DNA from: a virus
DNA length: 64,000 nt
Virus record (IMG/VR): IMGVR_UViG_3300010885_040738
Coordinates: 1-64,000 of that record
Strand: one strand, 5' to 3'
A model generated the notes under the pieces. The model was not told the DNA's origin and searched no databases. It worked only from the letters and a program-made list of their open reading frames with translations. The position numbers and the translations under genes are program-made. This document shows, one piece after another, positions 31,617 through 40,968 of the stretch (its first letter is position 1; every line of letters begins with the position of its first letter).

Positions 31617-32283
31617 GGTCGTTAACCTTCTTTCTCGGCCTCTCGGCCATCCTTCTTATGCGTAGTCGTAGAAAAAGCTCTGTTCGGGTTCAGGTGCAAA
31701 ATCAAAACGCCCTGCCATGCTCGGAGGCTTAAGCGTTCGGTGGTACTCTGACGGCCCCTCGCGATGGCCACGGTAGCGGATGGCATCGAAGAAGTACCGG
31801 GCAGGGTGAATCAGGATCTCATCCAGTACGGGAGTGTCGGCCCTGATGGTAAGGGTGCGTCCGCAGTTCCAGCACTCGGACGGGATAGCGTCGTCGCCCT
31901 TGTAGTCGGTCTCGGCACACTGGCAGTCAGTCACCGGCGCGGCTCCTGATCGGATACCCGCATCTGGATGTATTCCACTTCCGCCTTGATCTGGCGAATG
32001 CGCCTGATGCGGTCCCAGTGTTCGTCCTGGGCGCGTCCGGTCGCGCTCGGGTCCGGCTGTACGTAGTAGTCTCGGCCATTCGGCGCATTGGCGGCCATCG
32101 CCTTAATCGTGGCGTTGAGCGCATCCAGTACGGCGTCGTTGTATTCGTACAGATCTTTCCATCCGGTGCCATTCATGTGAACCGTTGGCGCAGCTGGCGG
32201 CACCTTGCAGTGTTGCAGGTCGCAACGCTCGGAGTGCTTCGCGAATGGCTCAAAGCAAAACGGACATTCTGTTGTGTCGGTCA

Positions 32284-32931
32284 TTAGTTTCCCTCTCTCT
32301 TCAAAATCGGTGACAACGTGGCGGCAGTCCAAGGTTTCCCGGTCCGGCTCGGCATGGTGTCATTGGCGTTCAGGATCTCGGCGATCTCGGCCAGGGTCTT
32401 GCCATTTTGGCGCAGGAACTGGATAGAGTTCAGCGTCCGGTCCTCGCCGGGGCGGAACCCGAAAGGCTTGCGGCCCTCACAACGTCCGGTCTGTTCTTTC
32501 TTCCTTTGGCGTGCGCCTCGGAGTTTCAGGACAATGGATTGGCGCTCGTACTGGGCGAATCCGGCGAGAATGACGCGAAACAGCTGGCGCTCTGGCGATT
32601 GGTCGTCGGTGTCGTCGCCGTTCGTGCTGACGATCCGCACGTCCTTCTTCGCGAGATCCGCAAGAATGAGTTCCTGCACGAGCACCGCACGCGCTACCCT
32701 GTCGAATTTCTCGACAACGATGGTCCTCGTGCTGGACATCCCGGCGAGCATGGAAACCCACCCAGGGCGGTCTTGCCATTCGTCTTTCCCGGTCTGAGTG
32801 TCTTGGTACCAGTTCGTGATGGTCAGGTTGTGGGCGGCGGCGTGGGATTCGATGGCCTTGCGTTGTCGCGCAAAGCCATCTCCTTCTTCCTGCCCCTTGC
32901 CGCTGACGCGCATGTAGGCTACTGCGTTCAT
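32284..32931 (-). CDS. Serine recombinase (resolvase/invertase family)
   Basis: AYMRVS..Q, RPG, DRVAR, ER..I, G..PFG motifs and a C-terminal helical DNA-binding part. Confidence 0.9.
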   Translation of the reverse strand: MNAVAYMRVSGKGQEEGDGFARQRKAIESHAAAHNLTITNWYQDTQTGKDEWQDRPGWVSMLAGMSSTRTIVVEKFDRVARAVLVQELILADLAKKDVRIVSTNGDDTDDQSPERQLFRVILAGFAQYERQSIVLKLRGARQRKKEQTGRCEGRKPFGFRPGEDRTLNSIQFLRQNGKTLAEIAEILNANDTMPSRTGKPWTAATLSPILKREGN

Positions 32932-33605
32932 TGGCCACGCTCCGTAACTTCCCAGAGCGAGACAAAAGCCACGAGCCAGGCACGCTGATATCCCGTCAGA
33001 TCGTCGCGGTATAGCATCTCGTCTGCTGATTGGAGTGTGAGCGATTGAGACTCACACCACTTGACGTATGGACCTTGGAGCAGATCCCAGGCGTTTGGTT
33101 TCATGCGGCACCCCATCCGGCGAGTGCGTTGGCCTTGTCCTGTGTCTCTTTGGTGACGTTCACTCGAAACTCAACATCTGGTCTTACCATCTCGCACCGC
33201 AATCCACGCAAACCGGAGTTCCGGCAGACGTTGTGGTGGTATTCGCGTGACCACGGAGGCAAACCGGCGGCAGGTCCGGCGTCTGGCAGCATGTGCAGTC
33301 ATGGTTCCATGTCCACCGCAGCAAAGCTTGCTCCATTGTGTGCTCGGTCGCACCGCAGAACGCGCAGGACGGACGCCAAGCGTTAGCCATCGACCGCCGG
33401 AAGCTTTCCCAGGTGTGCGGGTTTCCCGGCGTCCATATCGCCCAACCACGGATACCTGGAACGTCGTTGAGCATTTCGGCGAAGCCGCGCATGTTGGGCG
33501 AGCGTTCCAACCGCTTGAAAGCTTCCTCAATGGTGTAGCAGTCATGTTGGCTCTGCTCTCGCCTTGTGTCGAAGTATTGTGTGACTCGAATCATCGTCTT
33601 TCCTT

Positions 33606-34078
33606 CTTCTTCCAACCAGATCGGTGGAACCCGTCTCTCCTTAGAGAGACAGGCACCAGCTACCTATTCGGGTATGTTCGCATCTTTCCTCTCTCCTCGC
33701 GGGTCACAGAGTAACCGCCCATGCGCCGTTGCGGTCAGCGACGACGCAGAATAGGCCGTCAATTTCCGCTAGGTACATTCGGTCAGTGTTCCCGCCGCTG
33801 CTGCCCTCGTAGACCGTGCGGAGGATAGTGCCGTCCGCACTTTCGATGGCAGCTGCAATGCCGCGCTCGTCGCCCTCGCCGGGTGCCCATCCGTCGCCGG
33901 AATCATTGCCTTTGTTCCACGCGGCGTTGAGTTCCGTGTCGGTCAGGCTCATCGCTTCAGTTTCGGTAATCATCGTCATTTCTTTTCCTTCTTCCAACCA
34001 GATCGGTGGAACCCGTCTCTCTACCTCTGTCAGCAGGTCAGAGAGACAGGCACCAGCTACCTATTCGGGTATGTTCGC
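33606..34078 (-). repeat. Duplicated structured leader element (33606-33681 and 33988-34078)
   Basis: Identical except the apical loop segment (3 vs 18 nt); brackets gene 33704-33979. Confidence 0.85.
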
Positions 34079-34138
34079 CCACGCGATCAGCACCGCCAGC
34101 ACCGTGAGCCACGCGAGAATGTTGGCGATCAGGCGCAT
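34061..34138 (-). CDS. 25-aa hydrophobic peptide MRLIANILAWLTVLAVLIAWANIPE
   Basis: Translated by hand; one TM-like helix; overlaps the end of the upstream gene. Confidence 0.5.
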   Translation of the reverse strand: MRLIANILAWLTVLAVLIAWANIPE

Positions 34139-35160
34139 GGAGTAGCAACCTCTTCCAAGTACCCAACCTCATGGCGATCACCAGCAAGGCCACCGCAGAC
34201 GCCACAATCGCGATGCGTGAACCCGGTTTCCTCCCCGACGATCAACCACTGGCCGATTTTTTTGATACCGGCCCTGACGCGCTGCTCGGTCTCGTCGTCC
34301 ATACCGGAGTAGTCATCGTATGCGATGGCACTCACGCAGTCCTCGCACGCGCCACCGAGGATGGACACATAGTTGTCCGGCTTCTGGTCGTCCTCGTCCT
34401 CGTCCTCGTCGTCCTCGTCCATCTCGCAAGGCCCGGTGTGGTCAGCACGGAGCGTGCATCGGACGTCATAGCACTCCCGAGTGTCGGCCTCAATCTCGCA
34501 GCATTCCGCACCCTCTTCCACGCCACAACCGCATTCCCGGCACTTGAGGAAGAGAACCCAACCCTGATCGGCAACCCAGGTCTTCTTCATGTTCGGGCAA
34601 CCAGTTTCGTGGCAGTTCACGCCGTTGATGGCGATGTAGTTGCATTGGTCGCACTTGGGAACGTCCTGCCATACCGCGACCGCCTCATATAGAGGTTCTG
34701 CGCCACCACCCCAAGCGAAGCGTTCGCCGGGTGCCAGCTTGGAGACCTCGGCAATCAGGTCGATACCGTCCTGCCCTGCGTCGTTGTCGGCCTCCATCTC
34801 GGCAAGGCTCAGTGTCATTGCCAGTTTGCTGTTCTCGTAGAAGTTGAATACAAGGCTCATTTGGACACCGCCAGGCTGCAATCGCGAACGTAATCGGCGT
34901 GCTCGGCGGCAGGGTTAGCCTTGGCGTAGCCCTCAATGCACGCGATGAAGTGCAGGACATCCTGTGCTGGTGCGGAGAATCGACCGCCACCGCAGCGGAC
35001 TAGTATCTGGGTCAGTCTGGTATTTGGGTCAGCGGCGATGGCCTCAATCTGGTGGAGGCGGAGAAACCAGCCCATCGTCTTGGCGTCTGCAATAGCGTCA
35101 GCGCCAGTGTATTCGGTCTCGTTGATCTCTGCTTGGGTAATCTGTGACATACTCTTCTTT

Positions 35161-35217
35161 CTCCTCATCAGTGCCGGATTAACCGGACATACGGACCCGG
35201 TAAGGTCCGTTTCGGAG
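35161..35217 (-). ncRNA. Hammerhead ribozyme, type II
   Basis: CUCC-GAAA-[stem III CGGACC/GGUCCG]-UA-[stem I]-CUGAUGA-GGAG; complete core; intergenic. Confidence 0.9.
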
Positions 35218-35790
35218 TGTTTACTTGTCGCGCAAAGGACCATCCGGTGCAGGCATCGCCCTGAGCGCCGCGTAGTCCTCAGCCGTCCAGGGATCACCCT
35301 CGTTGAAGTTGAAATCAACAATTCCCTCCCCGCGCTCATAGACCACCGTGGCGCGATGCCATAGCGGGATACCCGTCGCTGGATGCCCGAGTTCGAGTTC
35401 AACGATGTCGCCGTGATTCAGTAGTGCGGGGTCCCCGCCGGGAACCATCTTCAGTCGCCGTCGCCCCGGTCCAAAGTCTTCGACTGCTTCAATCACAAAC
35501 TTGACCATCGTGGCACCGCAGCTTTCGCAGGGGAACGGGTAAGATTTCTCGCCATCGTTGCCGCAGTTTTGGCTCGGGCAGATGTAGCTGTCATCAGTCA
35601 GCGGGTAGAGTACAACGTCCATGCAGCCTGATTCTTTGTCAATGGTGACCTTGCCACCACGGTCATGGAGGATGCCCGTCGAGGGGTCTCTCAGTTCCAG
35701 CGATACCAAGTCGCCGTCGTTCCACTCTGTTGTACTTCCACCTTCAATACGCTTGATGAGTTTCATGTTTGGGTAATGCTCCTTTCTTAT

Positions 35791-35819
35791 AGAGTATTAG
35801 ATTACCTAGCCACCTGCAA
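35791..35819 (-). promoter_or_regulatory. Promoter of the leftward block
   Basis: TTGCAG-N17-TACTCT followed by SD AAGGAG and ATG 35766. Confidence 0.65.
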
Positions 35820-36329
35820 GCATATTCTGCGGAAAAGCCTACATTGGTCGATTTTTGGCAGTTTGGGGCAAAAAGTGACCTCGTAGAAGCCGCTAGGACG
35901 CGCTGACACAGGTCGTCTGATACCTGAGTACCCGGCAAATCGGACCCGAAAACCAGATTTTTGACGATCCCGGCGACACTATAGAAGGACGGCGGCACCG
36001 CCGGACACCGCACTACTGGCCGGATTTTTTGACGGCGGCACCGCCGGACCCTGCCCTGGTCCTGCCCAAAACCTGCCCGGCGGAAGCTGGAAAACCCGAA
36101 CCCTCGTCGGTGGAACCCTCACCTGGGCGAGTAACTTGGTGGAGGATGGACCACCTCAGCCATCCAAGAGGAGGACGGCGGCACCGACGAGGGCGCGGTC
36201 GCGCCACTACCACCGCGGACCTCGGTGCCTTTTTTCAACGAGGCCACCCCTCCCCCTATGCCCTAAACGTTAGGTACTTTCGGGTAATCGGAGTAAAGTG
36301 ATGCCCACGTACGAGAGCGCAATCACGTT

Positions 36330-36359
36330 TTGACGTTTTCGCCCTTTACCCTGTATACT
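36330..36359 (+). promoter_or_regulatory. Promoter for a leaderless gene
   Basis: TTGACG-N18-TATACT, ATG 7 nt downstream. Confidence 0.65.
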
Positions 36360-36366
36360 GCTGTAT

Positions 36367-37047
36367 ATGGTGAACAGGTCTTTGGTGGTTAAGGGTATAG
36401 TTGGCGATTATTGCGAGATGGTGGCTGCGGCTGCGTTTATTGCTGGGGGGGCACAGCTTGCGAAGGCATGGGGCACGTCGCCGGACTGGGACTTTCTGGT
36501 GAAGGAGGACGGTGAGCAATGGCGAAGTGTTCAGGTGAAGACGGTTGGCCGGCTAAATGGGCATGGTGACTCGCCGTATGTTGATTTGACAAGGACCGCT
36601 GGCGCCGGCTGTTATCAGGTAGGTGATGTCGACATGGTTGTTGGGGTGTATCCCGAGACTGGGGCAATGTGGAAGGTGATGCCGGAGGCGTTTGCTGGAG
36701 CGCGGCTACTGAGGCTGGATGACGAGTGGCTATGGGTAGGGAACGTGGATAGGCGATCGCTTCCGATGAGCAACGTGCTGGCGCTAAAGATTGAGCGAAA
36801 GAGCCGTGCCGGGTGCATATCTGCAGTGCGTGAGAAGTTACAGGAGGAGAGGCGCGGCTTGTGGCTTGGGGATCTCAGCGAGCGGCCGGATAGTGTGTCT
36901 GCCGGTACGTGGGACGTGTTTGTGATGTGGATGGGTGGGCACGGGTACAAGTCGATAGCGGACAAGCACGGGCTGACTGCCCCGGGCGTGAGGGATCGGA
37001 TGGTTCGTTTGTGCCGGCGGCTTGGGATCAAAGGTGGGCCTATTTGA
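36367..37047 (+). CDS. PD-(D/E)XK endonuclease with C-terminal HTH
   Basis: KG..G...E, WDFLV, VQVKT motifs; GYKSIADKHGLT..GVRD HTH. Confidence 0.75.
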   Translation: MVNRSLVVKGIVGDYCEMVAAAAFIAGGAQLAKAWGTSPDWDFLVKEDGEQWRSVQVKTVGRLNGHGDSPYVDLTRTAGAGCYQVGDVDMVVGVYPETGAMWKVMPEAFAGARLLRLDDEWLWVGNVDRRSLPMSNVLALKIERKSRAGCISAVREKLQEERRGLWLGDLSERPDSVSAGTWDVFVMWMGGHGYKSIADKHGLTAPGVRDRMVRLCRRLGIKGGPI

Positions 37048-37215
37048 AAAACATGCCAAGAGCCTCCTACCCCCTTCAGCGGCTGAGACTCAGATTCGAG
37101 TTCAAAAATTTTATATACATGGTTTTGGAGAGTTGCCAAGGCCCACTTGTGTCGTATGCTGGAGGTGTTCTTTGGGACATGGGTGCGGGTTGAGAGCCGG
37201 CCGTGGAGTTGAGTT

Positions 37216-37740
37216 ATGAGTAAAGCGACAGGTAGAGTGACAGAGAAGATGAGGCAGGAAGGTATGAAGGATGGGCACGAGGCGCTTGCGGCAATTTACA
37301 GTGATGAAGCGCTTAACGAGATGTCAGGAGATGACTTTCGGGCCACGCTTGCCGCGGAGGCGCAGGAGTATTTGGCGGGGCAGGAGACTGTAGATCAGCA
37401 GGAGGTTGCAGCTGGGCAGGTTGGAAAGTATGATCATGATCAGCTTGTATTTGGTGAACTGTTGAAGGTGGTGGAGTGCGGATTGAATCGGTTGCGGGCA
37501 AGGTTATTGAATCTGGCGGAGACGAGCACGCGGGACAAGCAGCAGGCTGAGGCGATGAAAGGTCTGATAAAAGATTTTTGTAATCTGGCGCTGGATGAGA
37601 TTGATCCGCAGGTCTGGGTTGCGCTGGTGCGGTTTGGGGTTCCGCCGCAAATGATGAAGGGTGATTATCCAAGGTCATGCCAGTTGACAGCGCAGTCGGT
37701 GGACGGCGTGACGGTGTTTGACAATAGGCCGGTGAAGTAG
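37216..37740 (+). CDS. Hypothetical protein
   Basis: ORF followed by a terminator. Confidence 0.65.
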   Translation: MSKATGRVTEKMRQEGMKDGHEALAAIYSDEALNEMSGDDFRATLAAEAQEYLAGQETVDQQEVAAGQVGKYDHDQLVFGELLKVVECGLNRLRARLLNLAETSTRDKQQAEAMKGLIKDFCNLALDEIDPQVWVALVRFGVPPQMMKGDYPRSCQLTAQSVDGVTVFDNRPVK

Positions 37741-37761
37741 GCTGGCGCAGGCAGGTAAGGA

Positions 37762-37793
37762 GCCCCCGCGGGAGACCGTTGGGGGCCTTTTTT
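37762..37793 (+). terminator. Intrinsic terminator
   Basis: GCCCCC...GGGGGC stem followed by a T tract. Confidence 0.7.
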
Positions 37794-38072
37794 GTGGCCG
37801 GAGAGGGCAGTGAGATGGAGACATTAAGACAGGTGGTGGGCTACGAGGTGGTAGTGCGGGGGACGAAGAGCCAGAGGGCGTTTTTGGTGAAGAGGGCTGC
37901 GCTGGCGTATTCGGGTGGGGCGCTGTTGTGCGCGTGGAAGTTGCCTTGTAATAGGAGGACTATGGTGGTAGTGGCGCAGCTTACCGGCGCTGATAGGCTG
38001 GCGCAGGCAGGTTTGCTGTTGGCCTGCAGATAATACTGGACACAATCGGACACAAATGGATATAGTGAGGAC

Positions 38073-38231
38073 ATGCCGATGAAATACGTTTTGGTGGAAA
38101 GATCTACTCCCGAGCTTTTGTCCGCCGAAATTTTGGGGATGCTTGCTGAGGGTTTTGCTCTGTACGGGAGCCCATTTTACAGTGGGAATCACGAGGAGGC
38201 ATTTTACTGTCAGGCGGTCACAAAGGCATGA
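38073..38231 (+). CDS. DUF1737-like small protein (not in the ORF track)
   Basis: L.EGFALYGSPF...YCQAVTK pattern. Confidence 0.6.
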   Translation: MPMKYVLVERSTPELLSAEILGMLAEGFALYGSPFYSGNHEEAFYCQAVTKA

Positions 38232-40018
38232 ATATTAAGCCCGCGTGTGGCCTGCAGGATTCTGAGGTCAGGTTGATGGTGAGGGCTGGAGTTGGGCCTG
38301 TGTCGCCGCCGAGCTTCATGGCTGCAGATGTGGAGATGTGCCGGTGGGCAGTTGGAGAGATTGGGGCGCTGCGCGAGGCTGTTTATAGGCAGTATGCTTA
38401 TTTGGCTTTGAGCTTGCGCCCGGGTGACCCACGGACTGACGGTGAGGTGTTGTGGCGAACAGTGACGCTGACGACGCAGGAAGTGATGGACGCGCTGGAG
38501 GGCAAATGAACCGGTATTTTGAAACCCTTTTTTTGTCGGAGTACGGAGGGAACCCGTATGCGCTGGCTACAAACATGCTGTTGGGCGTGGTCTTGTCTGT
38601 GGTGGCATACCGTCGAACTGGCGGGAAAGTTTCGATCATGTTTGTTTGGGCTTTATACATGGCATTTTCCAACGTCACGAGGCTGCTGAAATGACGCCCG
38701 AACTCCTCGCCCTGCTGACGCCCGAGCAGGTGGGGGAGATCCGCAACTTCTATGCGATATCTAGTGGGTTGCGGGGTGCGGCTGACGTAAACGCCCTGCT
38801 CTCAGACCGTGCCGAGATCGCGGCAGAGAACGCAGAACTGAAAAAGCTTGCCGCCGGACTGGAACTCAACCTCGCGGCGGTGATTCAGCGGGCCGAGGCG
38901 GCAGAGAAGGCGCTGGCGGAAGCAAAATTCAGGTTGCTGGATGCCCAAGCTGCCCGGACGATTTGGATGGAGCGCAGCAAGGCCAACGCCCGCGAGTTGG
39001 ACGAGGCCTACGACGCCATGTGCGAAATGGCGAAAACGCTGGACTGCGCAGAGGACTGGGCCGCGATTAAGGGCAAGCTGGCGGAAGCGGCGGAGGGCAC
39101 GGCGGATTTAAACTGGCTGCTGGAGAATGCCGCGACGGGATTCTTCGTCATGTCGAATTCCGGCAAGTTCGCAGGGTACGAACGCAACCGCAGGGTTACC
39201 GAATGGGTGGATACACAGCGGGCCGCAATTCGTGCGGCGAGGGAGAAGAAGCAGTGAAAAGCACTTGCATGAGATGCGGCGACGGGACATTGCTGGAGCA
39301 GTTCAGCATTCAGCTTGCCGAGGTCACCGAGGAGCGGGATCGGCTGCGGGAGGCGCTGAAGGCTGCCTCACACGCGAAGATGACCGCAAACTCTACCCTT
39401 TCCGCCCACCCCGAGCAGGGGCCTCTCGCTCCAGCCGACCGCGTGCTGCTTGCCTTTCCTGGCCGAGACAAGGCCGATGCAATGAGCCACGAACCGCTGA
39501 CCGATGCCGAACTGGCCGAACTGGAGCGCAAGTACGGTGACGCTAAAGGAATTTACGCCATCGACATCATGACCAAGAAATGCCAGATGCGGATATCAAC
39601 GATGCACGAAGCTATCCCTCGGCTGCTGGCGACGATCAGGGATGCGCGGATTGCGGCACTGGAAGGTAAAAGTTCTGGGGAGAGCGAGACGAGCGAGTGC
39701 CAGGACCCTAACTGCCTCGGGGCGGAAGCAACGCCGTCCGCATCCCCGGAGGTAGCGGCGCGAGGGGGCCAGCGATGATGCGAAACGAAACGCGGTTCTA
39801 TCCGATGGGCGAGCGGAAGCCAGCGCTCAACTTTGGTGGGGCTTGGCCTAAGATGGCGCCGTGTGCTTGCGGGTGCGGCACGGAGTTCATGAAGAGAAGT
39901 TGGAGCGCCAAGCTGCCAGAGTGCGCTGCTCGCGGCAAGGCGGCGTCGGAATCAAAAGCGAAGAAGAAGAACAGGGCTGCGACGGCGGCACTGGCCGCAG
40001 GGAGGCAGTCAGGTATAA

Positions 40019-40183
40019 ATGAAACCAGTTAACTCAGCAGTGATTCACGTCAGGCTGGACAAAGACGTCAAGAAGAAGATCAGCAAGATGGCGGAGGCGG
40101 ACGGCCGCACGGTCAGCGCGTTTGTGGCATTGGCGTTACGCCGGCTGGCTGGGATGGATATTGGAGCAGGGGCAGCACCGTGA
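40019..40183 (+). CDS. Arc/RHH DNA-binding protein (not in the ORF track)
   Basis: IHVRLDKDVKKKISKMAEADGRTVSAFV. Confidence 0.7.
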   Translation: MKPVNSAVIHVRLDKDVKKKISKMAEADGRTVSAFVALALRRLAGMDIGAGAAP

Positions 40184-40383
40184 CATGGGCGAGCATCAAG
40201 CGGCTGGCGCGCCGCATTTCCCTGTTCTTCTGCCTGCATGCTCACCTAACGTTTATCCGGAACATCTACGGCGATGAAATCTTTTTCTGGGGCGGCGATC
40301 GGTCGGTATGGAAATGCAGGAGGTGTGGGCAGACCGTGACGCAGCCGCATCTTTCCCAGTACACTAAGGACTGAGGTATTTAA

Positions 40384-40965
40384 GTGCCTGTAGATACAAA
40401 GCCGTCTGTTGTGGCGCAATCAAGGTGGACGAGGACGCCAATATCTTTCGGAACAGGTCAGGCATATAGCGGAGTCACACTGGAGAAGCCAAAGGGGAAA
40501 GCCGTAATGATTGAGGCTAACCTTGGGCCAGACCAAGTGAAAAACAGCCGCATGCTGCGGCACGAATCAATTCATGCGCTGCTGGGTGATGCCGGCAGCG
40601 CTGCGTCAAAAGATCGTAGCGTAAGGCAGGCAGCGGCACCGATCGTAAACCAACTTTCCCAAAATGGCATGTCTGGCTATCTGGACGATGAGATGCCTGC
40701 GTATATGGGGTCTTTTTCTGATTCGCCTGATGAATGGACCGAAGGCGTCGGGCGGGATGCCCGGAGCAGATACATTACGGCGTACTCAGAAGCGCTTAGA
40801 AAACAGAACCCGGCGATAGCTGACAAGTATCAAAGGATGTCTCAGGATTCGTCTCCCGGGACGCTGGCGGGCGCTGTTGATATTTACCCAGGGGCGAAAT
40901 ACAGGGCAGTGCCGGGCGGAAACTCTGTTAAAGTCGTCCCGCACGGGCCGGGCAGGGGCAGGTAG
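40384..40965 (+). CDS. Hypothetical protein with HExxH motif
   Basis: LRHESIHALL plus a downstream DE. Confidence 0.55.
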   Translation: MPVDTKPSVVAQSRWTRTPISFGTGQAYSGVTLEKPKGKAVMIEANLGPDQVKNSRMLRHESIHALLGDAGSAASKDRSVRQAAAPIVNQLSQNGMSGYLDDEMPAYMGSFSDSPDEWTEGVGRDARSRYITAYSEALRKQNPAIADKYQRMSQDSSPGTLAGAVDIYPGAKYRAVPGGNSVKVVPHGPGRGR

Positions 40966-40968
40966 CTA

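Larger units (their letters stand above)
30970..35936. mobile_element. 4.97-kb block bounded by 48-bp direct repeats and carrying a serine recombinase
   Basis: 30970-31017 and 35889-35936 match at 44/48; own promoter and terminator; genes opposite to flanks. Confidence 0.6.

Noticed and set aside
32284-32931. Phage integrase or IS607 transposase
   Set aside because: Too short for a large serine integrase; no N-terminal HTH and no tnpB
33620-33665. Bulge-helix-bulge (archaeal splicing) reading of the duplicated RNA
   Set aside because: Bulges lie on the wrong side of the central helix and the context is bacterial
33685-33705. CUCCUCGCGG resembling the HDV ribozyme P3/L3
   Set aside because: Could not build P1, P2 or P4; it is the complement of a purine-rich SD
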